A stretch of 64,000 nucleotides of DNA from assembly GCA_039794085.1 (NCBI GenBank), contig JBDIWC010000008.1:32001-96000 (forward strand). Direction: 5' to 3'. The stretch's first letter is position 1, and each line of letters begins with the position of its first letter. Below, piece by piece: positions 1-6,887 of this stretch. Source of the DNA: Gemmatimonadales bacterium (GTDB taxonomy: Bacteria; Gemmatimonadota; Gemmatimonadetes; Gemmatimonadales; GWC2-71-9). The notes beneath the pieces were generated by a model. That model was not told the DNA's origin and searched no databases. It worked only from the letters and a program-made list of their open reading frames with translations. The translations under genes and the position numbers were made by a program.

Positions 1-25
1 GGAAATAGGTTGCGGATCGTACATT
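1..25 (+). promoter_or_regulatory. Putative cassette promoter, copy 1 (-10 TACATT at 20-25; -35 cut by window edge)
   Basis: GG-N17-TACATT, positionally homologous to TTGCGG-N17-TACAAT in copies 2 and 3. Confidence 0.6.
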
Positions 26-83
26 CTCTCACGACTGGGCTGTCGGGGGGCACGTTCCCCTGCAGCTCCAATACTTGTTAGGC
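1..83 (+). repeat. Platform copy 1: end of integrase (TAG at 6-8), promoter and attI-like site (crossover GTTAGGC 77-83)
   Basis: Aligns with 4678-4761 and 5672-5755; all share GCAGCTCCAATACTTGTTAGG; truncated by the window edge. Confidence 0.85.
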
Positions 84-101
84 ATCATACCGAGGTAGCG
101 T

Positions 102-773
102 GTGACGACCACCTCCCCCTTCCCTAGAGCCGTTGAGGCCGCACAGAGCTACCGCCGTCGAGTTGGGCCGCGGCTTCGACAGAGTCAGACGGCTGCTCTT
201 GACGAAGTGGATGCGCGGCTCCAGCGTCTAGACGCGGAATACGCGGAGCTGGTGTCCCTGAATAGTCTGCTGCTAGCTCAGGATGGGCAGGGACTCGTGA
301 TGCACCGCAATCCCGTCAGCGGAGAGGTCACAGTCAGGTTCGGCAGTGCGGGGCCGGGATTCACGCTCCAGCCTGCAGATCCAGCCGTACCAATCGAACT
401 TGACAGCCACTCACGAGTTGGCGGGTATTTGCCGGGAAGCTCTTCTGCGGACGGTGCCGAGACCCCAGGTTACAAAAGGCGAATGGAGGAGTTGCTAGAG
501 GCTTTTTACAGCGGTGCCCATAGGATTCAGAAATTGATGCGGGAGGTTCTGGGTAAGCCGCATAAAGGATCGATGGGCATAACGACAGTTCGGAACCATC
601 TCGTCGAGCATCCCTCCACAGGCTCGTTGTATTCCTTTGGCTACTCCACTAATGGGCCCGTCGTGAAGCCTATCCAGCGCGGCCAGCCGGAATGGATCGA
701 CGCTGGCCTGTTCGCAAACGCCGAGGAATTTGTTACTTCGCTCGAGACTGCTTTTGGTGGAGCGATGCACTGA
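102..773 (+). CDS. Cassette 1: hypothetical protein with HEPN-like motif (RNHLVEH)
   Basis: 223-aa ORF, GAGGT RBS before GTG, fills the cassette; Rx5H motif after a helical segment. Confidence 0.75.
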   Translation: MTTTSPFPRAVEAAQSYRRRVGPRLRQSQTAALDEVDARLQRLDAEYAELVSLNSLLLAQDGQGLVMHRNPVSGEVTVRFGSAGPGFTLQPADPAVPIELDSHSRVGGYLPGSSSADGAETPGYKRRMEELLEAFYSGAHRIQKLMREVLGKPHKGSMGITTVRNHLVEHPSTGSLYSFGYSTNGPVVKPIQRGQPEWIDAGLFANAEEFVTSLETAFGGAMH

Positions 774-774
774 T

Positions 775-870
775 GCCTACCCCGCGCTTCCTGCCGACGG
801 CGCGGTCAGGTTCAGCCCGTTGGCATTAGAATCCAGTGGCGCGCCGCAGCAGAAGCGCGCTGCGTTAGAG
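775..870 (+). other. attC site 1 (R'' mutated to GCCTACC; R' GTTAGAG)
   Basis: Arms CGCGCTTCCTGC and GCAGAAGCGCG pair with one extra base; lies directly after the stop codon. Confidence 0.85.
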
Positions 871-904
871 AGCGCCACAGCAACCGACAGTGTGGGCGAG
901 GGCA

Positions 905-1966
905 ATGAAGACGATCCTCGATATCGTGCAGGAGTTCCGGGAGTCTGACCCGCCGCTGACCTATTTGGGCCAGGACGAGTCAGTGGCCTACGGCAAGTTC
1001 CTTGAGTTCGAGGTGCTGGACTGGAACGGAACGACGCGGATCGTCCCGAGCGAGGCCCTGAATCTCCCAGGGCGCCCTGGCAACCGCTCCTTCATGTACA
1101 GAGGCCAAACGACTCGTTACCCGACTTGTCAGGCATCCCTGCTTCGAGGTGCACCGGACGACGAGTGGCAGGTCAAGGCGCTTTTGACCCTTGAGCGTTT
1201 CCGTGTGGCGGAACTTGAGCTTGTTCTTCGCGAACACCCCTTCAAGGCGGTAGTGGACAAGCGCGGATTCCACGTCGACTACCACGGTCTCGCTCAGCAC
1301 TACGGCATCCCCACGTCATTGTTGGACCTGACTTCGAACGTGGAAGTTGCGGCCTTCTTCGCCGTCGCGAGGTGGGATCGCGAGGCGGGGTCCTTCCGTC
1401 CGATGGAGAGCGGAACCGGTGTCATGTATCGCTTCGACTGGGCTGCGTTCGGCCCGGAGTACGCGAAGTTCTTCGAGCCAGTCGGGTTCGGACCAGGACT
1501 GAGACCCGCCCGCCAGCACGCATGGACGTTTCGGCTGCGGCACGGCGTCGACTTTCAGAATGTCCCCCACGTGTCGGCGTTCGAATTCAGCCATTCCAAG
1601 GCAGCGTCTCTCGAGATGTTCGAGAGGTTCGACGGCGGCGCATGGCTGTACCCGCCGAATTGTCTGGCCTCGCTCGTCGAGAAGCTTCGGGACTTGCCAT
1701 TCGTGACGATGCACGCGATCCGACACGCCGCGAAGCAGGACGGCCAGAGGTCGGAAGACATAGAGACGGGCGCGGAAAGAGCGGCCCACTTCCTCAACGC
1801 CAAGCTGGGCCTGGACATCGTGGACGGGTACGAGCTTCAACCCGAGGAGGAAGATCTTGCGGTCGCCCAGCAGCAAGCATCCGCGCTGGACGAGTCGCTT
1901 GGAACGTTACGCTTCGGGTGGCGGCTTGTTCGGACGGCGGGCAGCGACGACGAGCCGGCGCGGTGA
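905..1966 (+). CDS. Cassette 2: FRG domain protein
   Basis: Motifs YRGQ and LAQHYGIPTSLLDLTSNVEVAAFFA. Confidence 0.9.
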   Translation: MKTILDIVQEFRESDPPLTYLGQDESVAYGKFLEFEVLDWNGTTRIVPSEALNLPGRPGNRSFMYRGQTTRYPTCQASLLRGAPDDEWQVKALLTLERFRVAELELVLREHPFKAVVDKRGFHVDYHGLAQHYGIPTSLLDLTSNVEVAAFFAVARWDREAGSFRPMESGTGVMYRFDWAAFGPEYAKFFEPVGFGPGLRPARQHAWTFRLRHGVDFQNVPHVSAFEFSHSKAASLEMFERFDGGAWLYPPNCLASLVEKLRDLPFVTMHAIRHAAKQDGQRSEDIETGAERAAHFLNAKLGLDIVDGYELQPEEEDLAVAQQQASALDESLGTLRFGWRLVRTAGSDDEPAR

Positions 1967-1972
1967 GGCGCT

Positions 1973-2036
1973 ATCTAACACACTGTTGCAGCGGACAGTC
2001 CGCTGCACGGCCCGCCGCTGACTCGGCGCGTTAGTC
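1973..2036 (+). other. attC site 2 (R'' ATCTAAC, R' GTTAGTC)
   Basis: 64-bp site with TTGCAGCGG...CCGCTGA arms between intact AAC and GTT cores. Confidence 0.9.
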
Positions 2037-2060
2037 GTCAGCACTTGCCTGGAAGCAGCT

Positions 2061-3098
2061 ATGGTCCTTGATCCCGAGACAATCATCGCGACTGCAGCCC
2101 TAAGCGAAGTGGGTAAGGGGGTCGTCAAGGGGCTCTCCCAGCTCGGTCGCAAGTGGATAACGGACCTGTTCGGAGACACCAAGGGCCCGGCCGTGGCGAA
2201 AGCCGAGAGCAACATGGCCGCGTTCCTCATTCAGCTTGCAACCAGGATTGGCCGTCTCGAGCAAGCAGCTGCTGATTCGGCTGCCCTCGAGGCCCGCCTA
2301 CGTGACGCCCAAGCGGACCCGGACGTTCTCGTCACCACCAAACTGGCTGTCCTCGCTGCGGCCCGGTCCTCCGATTCTACCAAGCGTGATCTGCTCGTTG
2401 AAGTCGTCACCCGACGCATTGCCTCGGCATCGGAATCAGCAGAGGCTATTGCCGCGAACGTAGCGGCAGAAGCTGTTCCAAGAATGAACGCAGCCGACCT
2501 CGACACGGTTGGCCTCCTCGCCCTCGTAGCAGGGGTCCGACCGAGCATCCTGCCCCCCGATTCTCCCCCGCCCGATAAGCCTGACAACGCGCCTCTTGTG
2601 GGAATTGGCCGGTGGTACTGGGCAGCGACGCAGGAGCTAATCGCTGACCTTTGGTCCGGTCACGATCGACTCCTGCACTTGGCATCGATTGGTCTTTGCT
2701 CTATCCACCTTGGTCTCAGGCGCGATCTATTCGATGAACTGCGACGCGGAATACCTTCATGCCAAGGCCTTGCCGAGGGCCACCACATTGTTGACATCAA
2801 TCGGTTCCTCACGTTCTTTGACGCAGGCAGGAATCTGAGGCGTGCATGGCTTCAAGGAATGCAGGAAGCGCTGTTGACCCCCGCTGGCATTCTCATTGGC
2901 AGGACTGTCGTTGACATCCGGCTGCCAACAGACGTTCCCAACCGGAGGTGGGTATCGGACGCGAGCGCGCTACGGGAAGCCCTAGCCAGGTCATCGCCCT
3001 GGGATGGCCATACCCTAAATAGGCGTTTTGTGGAACTCCTTGATCAGGAGCTTGCAAGGCGGGTCACCGAGGCGAAGCGCGCGCAAGGGCGGCTCTGA
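2061..3098 (+). CDS. Cassette 3: LPO_1073/Vpar_1526-like (Abi-alpha-like) helical protein
   Basis: 345-aa ORF; segment DPDV...AAARSSD...DLLVEVVTRRI...AVPRM resembles that family; family call from recall. Confidence 0.6.
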   Translation: MVLDPETIIATAALSEVGKGVVKGLSQLGRKWITDLFGDTKGPAVAKAESNMAAFLIQLATRIGRLEQAAADSAALEARLRDAQADPDVLVTTKLAVLAAARSSDSTKRDLLVEVVTRRIASASESAEAIAANVAAEAVPRMNAADLDTVGLLALVAGVRPSILPPDSPPPDKPDNAPLVGIGRWYWAATQELIADLWSGHDRLLHLASIGLCSIHLGLRRDLFDELRRGIPSCQGLAEGHHIVDINRFLTFFDAGRNLRRAWLQGMQEALLTPAGILIGRTVVDIRLPTDVPNRRWVSDASALREALARSSPWDGHTLNRRFVELLDQELARRVTEAKRAQGRL

Positions 3099-3099
3099 C

Positions 3100-3143
3100 G
3101 GCTGCCGCCACACCCCCCGCAGCTCAAATCCAGCTCGTTACGT
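3100..3143 (+). other. attC site 3, degenerate (left arm largely lost; R' GTTACGT)
   Basis: CTGACGGCTGCC at 3095 is a decayed complement of cassette start GTTAGTCGTCAG; right arm GCAGCTCAA...CGTTACGT remains. Confidence 0.65.
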
Positions 3144-3163
3144 TGCATCCCGAGGTGCCTAGA

Positions 3164-3775
3164 ATGACCTACTACGATATCGATCGCCTTCGTCGCCTAC
3201 CTCTGACAACAGGTCTGCTGCTACTGACCTGGTCTGCGGCAGCTGTGAGTATCGTGGCGCCCGCGAACGTGCAAATCCTCGGCCTGCCATTCTCGATTGG
3301 CCGCCCGGAACTCCTTCCGATTGGCCTGGCCGTCGCGGCAGTCTACGGCGGGCTCCGCTACTACTACTATGCGATGATGCTCGAGCTGAGTCCCTATCGC
3401 CGCCGCCGCGACCTCCTTGATGGGCTTTGGGCAAAGGGGACAAAGAAGCCCGGCCTGAGTGGAACCTACTGGGGGCCAATAGCCTTCGAGGGATCGAGGT
3501 CGTTCGGGAAGTCTTCTGAGGCAGAAGCATACGGGAAAGAAGTAGCCTTGGCATTTCCGAAGTTTGCAGGTGCGCGAGTTACGTCACGAGCTGAGTATCG
3601 CCCAGGCGTTGACCAAGATGGGGATGAGTACACGAGTTTCGAGGTCTTTCTGAACATTCCCGTGCGTTGTCGCGCGGCCGCCCTTCTTCAAGATCTAGAC
3701 TACTCCTCGCCAGCATGGCTGCCGTTGTCTAGCGTGCTGCTGTACGTCCTACGTTCTCTGCCGAACGCCACCTAG
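3164..3775 (+). CDS. Cassette 4: hypothetical membrane protein (two N-terminal and one C-terminal hydrophobic segments)
   Basis: GAGGT RBS then ATG; ORF fills the cassette. Confidence 0.75.
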   Translation: MTYYDIDRLRRLPLTTGLLLLTWSAAAVSIVAPANVQILGLPFSIGRPELLPIGLAVAAVYGGLRYYYYAMMLELSPYRRRRDLLDGLWAKGTKKPGLSGTYWGPIAFEGSRSFGKSSEAEAYGKEVALAFPKFAGARVTSRAEYRPGVDQDGDEYTSFEVFLNIPVRCRAAALLQDLDYSSPAWLPLSSVLLYVLRSLPNAT

Positions 3776-3906
3776 CAGAGGGTGACAGTCTGGCAGCCGG
3801 GAGGCGCTCCTCTTCCGGCGTCGCGGCCGTGCCCACATGTTGATTGGTGGATGGCGCGGCCGCTCAGTTCCCAGACGGCTGCCGCTGAAACCCAAAGTCG
3901 TTAGCA
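3770..3906 (+). other. attC site 4 (R'' decayed ACCTAGC; R' GTTAGCA)
   Basis: Inner inverted repeats GGCAGCCG/CGGCTGCC and GCGGCCG/CGGCCGC; ends GCTGAAACCCAAAGTCGTTAGCA. Confidence 0.7.
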
Positions 3907-4340
3907 GCCCGGAGTGCCAGCGCGGGGCAGCATCGAAGCCTGGGGATCGCCGGTCAGGTGATCCCGGATCATCCGCCGCAACAGCTTTCCTGAGGGTCCC
4001 CGAGGCAGCATCGGCGCAAAGAGAACCCGGCGCGGAACCTTGTAGGGCGCGAGACGCCCCCGGCAGTGGGCAATAAGGGACTCGGCTCCGGCCTCCACGC
4101 CGGGACCAAGGACCACAACCGCCACCACCTCCTCATCGAGCCGGTGATCGGGCACGCCCACCACGGCCACATCGGCCACGGCGGGATGGCCCAGCAGCGC
4201 CTCCTCCACCTCCCGCGGCGACACATTGAATCCGCCATGGAGGATGAGATCCTTCTTCCGGTCCACGATGAAATAGTCCCCGTCCTCATCCCGCGTCGCG
4301 ATGTCCCCGGTCCGGAGCCATCCATCATGAAGCGCCTCGG
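3901..4340 (-). pseudogene. 3' fragment (440 bp) of the acyl-CoA ligase gene, diverged copy of 7536-7975
   Basis: Colinear and indel-free with about 38 mismatches by hand count; no 5' part. Confidence 0.95.
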
Positions 4341-4685
4341 ATGTTCGTGCGTTTCTGGGATGGTTGGCGGAGCAGCGCCGGGTGGCGGCCTCGATTCAGA
4401 ACCAGGCTGGGGGTATAGCGGAGCTCCGAACGAAGTATCCGGCGGCGGGCCGGTCGTGGTCCGGGCAGTGGCTCTTTCCGGCGAGAAACGACGTCGCGTC
4501 AATCCTTCGCCACCCACCTTCTCGAACGAGGCTACGATATCCGGACGATCCAGGCACTGCTGGGTTATCGGGATCTGTCCAGCACGATGATCTACACTCA
4601 CGTCCTGAACCGGGGAGGCCAAGGAGTCCGGAGTCCGGTGGACGACCTGGCGGAGGGGTCCGGTCCGGCCGTCTTGCGGAACCAG
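4340..4685 (+). pseudogene. intI: Integron integrase remnant with internal deletions and a frameshift
   Basis: Encodes DVRAFLGWLAEQRRVAASIQNQA, then [17 protein letters not shown] (IntI-specific region), then in another frame [45 protein letters not shown]. Confidence 0.93.
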
Positions 4686-4702
4686 GCTGCGGACCGTACA
4701 AT
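4674..4702 (+). promoter_or_regulatory. Putative sigma70 cassette promoter, copy 2
   Basis: TTGCGG (4674-4679), 17 nt, TACAAT (4697-4702). Confidence 0.7.
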
Positions 4703-4761
4703 CTCTCACGAATGGGCTGTTCGAGGGCATGTTCCCCCGGCAGCTCCAATACTTGTTAGGC
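4686..4761 (+). other. attI-like site, copy 2 (crossover GTTAGGC 4755-4761)
   Basis: Homology to copies 1 and 3 ends at the GTTAGG core, where a different cassette begins. Confidence 0.8.
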
Positions 4762-4806
4762 GTGTTCGATCGGCTGCTCGACAACCCGGCCTCAAGGGGA
4801 TAATCA

Positions 4807-5034
4807 ATGACGTACAAAGTGGTTCCGTTCAATGCAGCTCTCGGAAACTTGGAGGATGCCTCCCACCTTGCCGCACACATCGAGGGGATCATTACCAGCC
4901 ATGCGGCCGACGGGTGGGAATACGTTGGCGTTCATCAGCTCCAGACGTTCAAGGCAGGGTCGGGTGGGTGCTTCGGTCTTGGGGCTACTCCACCGACGAC
5001 CGTCGCGACGGAGTTCGTTGTGTTCAGGAAATGA
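4807..5034 (+). CDS. Cassette 5 gene A: small DUF4177-like protein
   Basis: 75 aa, MTYKVV...AADGWEYV...FVVFRK pattern; AGGGGA RBS. Confidence 0.75.
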   Translation: MTYKVVPFNAALGNLEDASHLAAHIEGIITSHAADGWEYVGVHQLQTFKAGSGGCFGLGATPPTTVATEFVVFRK

Positions 5035-5360
5035 GGCATCTTTTTCTCCTCCTGATTCGTGCGTACTGGGCCTTCTGGCCACACGGACTCAGGCGGCAGT
5101 GTCTCTATCGCGAGTCCTGCTCGCGACATGTGTACCGTGTCGCGAACGAGGTAGGAGCGTCTGCTGGTTTTCGAGCCCTGCTCTACCGCGTCCGGAAATG
5201 CCGACCTGGTTACACCATGTCCGCCAGTGAGACCGGAATGGGCCTTCTTCTGCGAGACGGGTCGTTCCTACCAGGGCACATGGTCGCCCCTGGTGTGATC
5301 ACGAGAGTGCCCAGTCCTCGGCGCGGGGCCGACTGGCGCACTCACGGACGAAACGCTTAA
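5031..5360 (+). CDS. Cassette 5 gene B: YidD-like (haemolytic-domain) protein
   Basis: ATGA overlap with gene A; LLLIRAYW...[12 protein letters not shown]...RVRKCRPG matches the three-Cys YidD pattern. Confidence 0.75.
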   Translation: MRHLFLLLIRAYWAFWPHGLRRQCLYRESCSRHVYRVANEVGASAGFRALLYRVRKCRPGYTMSASETGMGLLLRDGSFLPGHMVAPGVITRVPSPRRGADWRTHGRNA

Positions 5361-5527
5361 CTTCCAAATGGAGCCGACGAGCGCTGGCTCATAGACGCGC
5401 GCAGCTCATTTTTGCACGCCCTATGTCGCAGTAGCCGACAGCGGCGGCTAGAACCTCAATGAACCAGACCACCGGTTCAACGATCCGCCTGTGCACGCGT
5501 TAGCGGGCGCCTTCTTGCTCACCTAAC
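5355..5527 (+). other. attC site 5 plus attC debris
   Basis: R'' GCTTAAC 5355-5361; arms AAATGGAGC/GCTCATTT; expected R' missing; later GTTAGCG (5499-5505) and an orphan ACCTAAC (5521-5527). Confidence 0.6.
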
Positions 5528-5536
5528 CACTGTTTG

Positions 5537-5679
5537 GGACGATCCTGGAATTCCTGGGTCATCGGGATGTGTCCACGACGATGATCTACCCGCACGTCCT
5601 GAACCGGGGAGGCCGAGGGGTCCGGAGTCCGGTGGACAACCTGGCGGAGGGGTCCGGCTCGGCCGTCTTGCGGAATTAG
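5537..5679 (+). pseudogene. intI: Integron integrase C-terminal fragment
   Basis: [50 protein letters not shown] (TAG 5677-5679). Confidence 0.9.
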
Positions 5680-5696
5680 GCTGCGGACCGTACAAT
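5668..5696 (+). promoter_or_regulatory. Putative sigma70 cassette promoter, copy 3
   Basis: TTGCGG (5668-5673), 17 nt, TACAAT (5691-5696). Confidence 0.7.
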
Positions 5697-5755
5697 CTCT
5701 CACAAATGGGCTGTTCGAAGGGCATGTTCCCCTGCAGCTCCAATACTTGTTAGGT
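5680..5755 (+). other. attI-like site, copy 3 (crossover GTTAGGT 5749-5755)
   Basis: Homologous to copies 1 and 2 up to the GTTAGG core. Confidence 0.8.
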
Positions 5756-5797
5756 GGACAGTCTGACATGACCCCCAGCACGCGATGAGGAGACGAG

Positions 5798-6796
5798 ATG
5801 AAGGTATTCATCAGCTGGAGTGGTGAGCGGAGCCACCTTCTTGCGCAGGCGCTGCACGGCTGGCTGCCCCTCGTCTTGCACTATGCCAAGCCTTGGCTGT
5901 CCGAGGCGGACGTCTCGGCGGGCGACCGATGGGCCCAGGCCGTGGCGAAGGAGCTTGAGTCCTCGAATTTCGGCATCATCTGTGTGACCCCGGAGAATCT
6001 CGGCTCTCCATGGGTTCTCTTTGAGGCCGGAGCCCTTGCGAAGTCTATGCAAGGCGCCAAAGTCATCCCGCTGCTCTTCAACTTGGAGTTCAGCGATATC
6101 AGCGGCCCGTTAGCCCAGTTTCAGGCCAAGAAGGTCGAGCGAGGTGGTTTGGCTGAGGTCATCAACTCCCTCAACCAATCAGCGGAACAAGGCGTGCCTG
6201 AGGATCGGGCGAAGCAGCTCTTCGGTGCATTGTGGCCAGAGCTTGAGAAGCAACTGGAATCGATCCCGGACGAGGCGCCTACCGAGAAGCACATGAGGCC
6301 GCAGCACGAGATCATGGAAGAGCTTGTGACCGGTGTCCGAGGACTCGACGTGCGATTTCGAGACCTCGAAGCCTCCGTTTCAGAGCCGAGCCTCCGGTCG
6401 CGTCGCCGCCGATTCCGCCACTTCCATCCAATGATGTTTGACGAAATGGCGATGATGGTCTCCGAGGAAGGGGACGACCCCATCTCGCTTCTCATGTTTG
6501 GTGGACTCCTCCGAGACGATTTCCCTTGGCTGTACGAGATTATCGTTGAGGCCTACCGTGAGGTCCGAGATGGGGACGAGAAGGCGGCACAGAAGGCAAT
6601 CGACCGCCTTCGTCGCGTCATGAAGGCCGTTGGCCGCGGTCAGTTTATGGAGGAGTTCGCCGGGTCGAAGGAAGGACACATGATGATGATGGAGATGCCA
6701 ATGATGCTGGACCACTTTCTACATCGCTTCGAGTCTCGCCGGCTCAAAGGTAAGCCCGACACGGACGCGGGCGCGGCGGATGATTCCAAGGAGTAA
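5798..6796 (+). CDS. Cassette 6: TIR domain protein with helical C-terminal region
   Basis: MKVFISWSG...PWLSEADVSAGDRW...SPWVLFEAGAL with the putative catalytic Glu; GAGGAG RBS. Confidence 0.9.
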   Translation: MKVFISWSGERSHLLAQALHGWLPLVLHYAKPWLSEADVSAGDRWAQAVAKELESSNFGIICVTPENLGSPWVLFEAGALAKSMQGAKVIPLLFNLEFSDISGPLAQFQAKKVERGGLAEVINSLNQSAEQGVPEDRAKQLFGALWPELEKQLESIPDEAPTEKHMRPQHEIMEELVTGVRGLDVRFRDLEASVSEPSLRSRRRRFRHFHPMMFDEMAMMVSEEGDDPISLLMFGGLLRDDFPWLYEIIVEAYREVRDGDEKAAQKAIDRLRRVMKAVGRGQFMEEFAGSKEGHMMMMEMPMMLDHFLHRFESRRLKGKPDTDAGAADDSKE

Positions 6797-6798
6797 CC

Positions 6799-6859
6799 GC
6801 CTAACAGCAGCATGAGGAGGCCGGGCGCCGCGCGCCGCCGCTGATGCTGAGCGTTACGT
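6799..6859 (+). other. attC site 6 (R'' GCCTAAC, R' GTTACGT)
   Basis: Arms CAGCATGAG/CTGATGCTG; CCGCCTAAC complements cassette start GTTAGGTGG with one mismatch. Confidence 0.85.
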
Positions 6860-6887
6860 AGCAACAACCTTCGGCGGACGGCAGCGC

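Noticed and set aside
3969..4892. 307-aa minus-strand ORF across the module junction
   Set aside because: Antisense or off-frame reading of intI, att and ligase pieces with no coherent domain.
4587..5360. 257-aa ORF fusing the IntI C-terminus to the YidD-like protein
   Set aside because: It exists only because the integrase stop is mutated to CAG. It crosses the att site and overlaps a better ORF (4807-5034).
1..5755. Three-copy repeat read as a CRISPR array or IS ends
   Set aside because: Copies are kilobases apart, contain integrase coding sequence and end at a GTT core. There are no spacers, cas genes or transposase.
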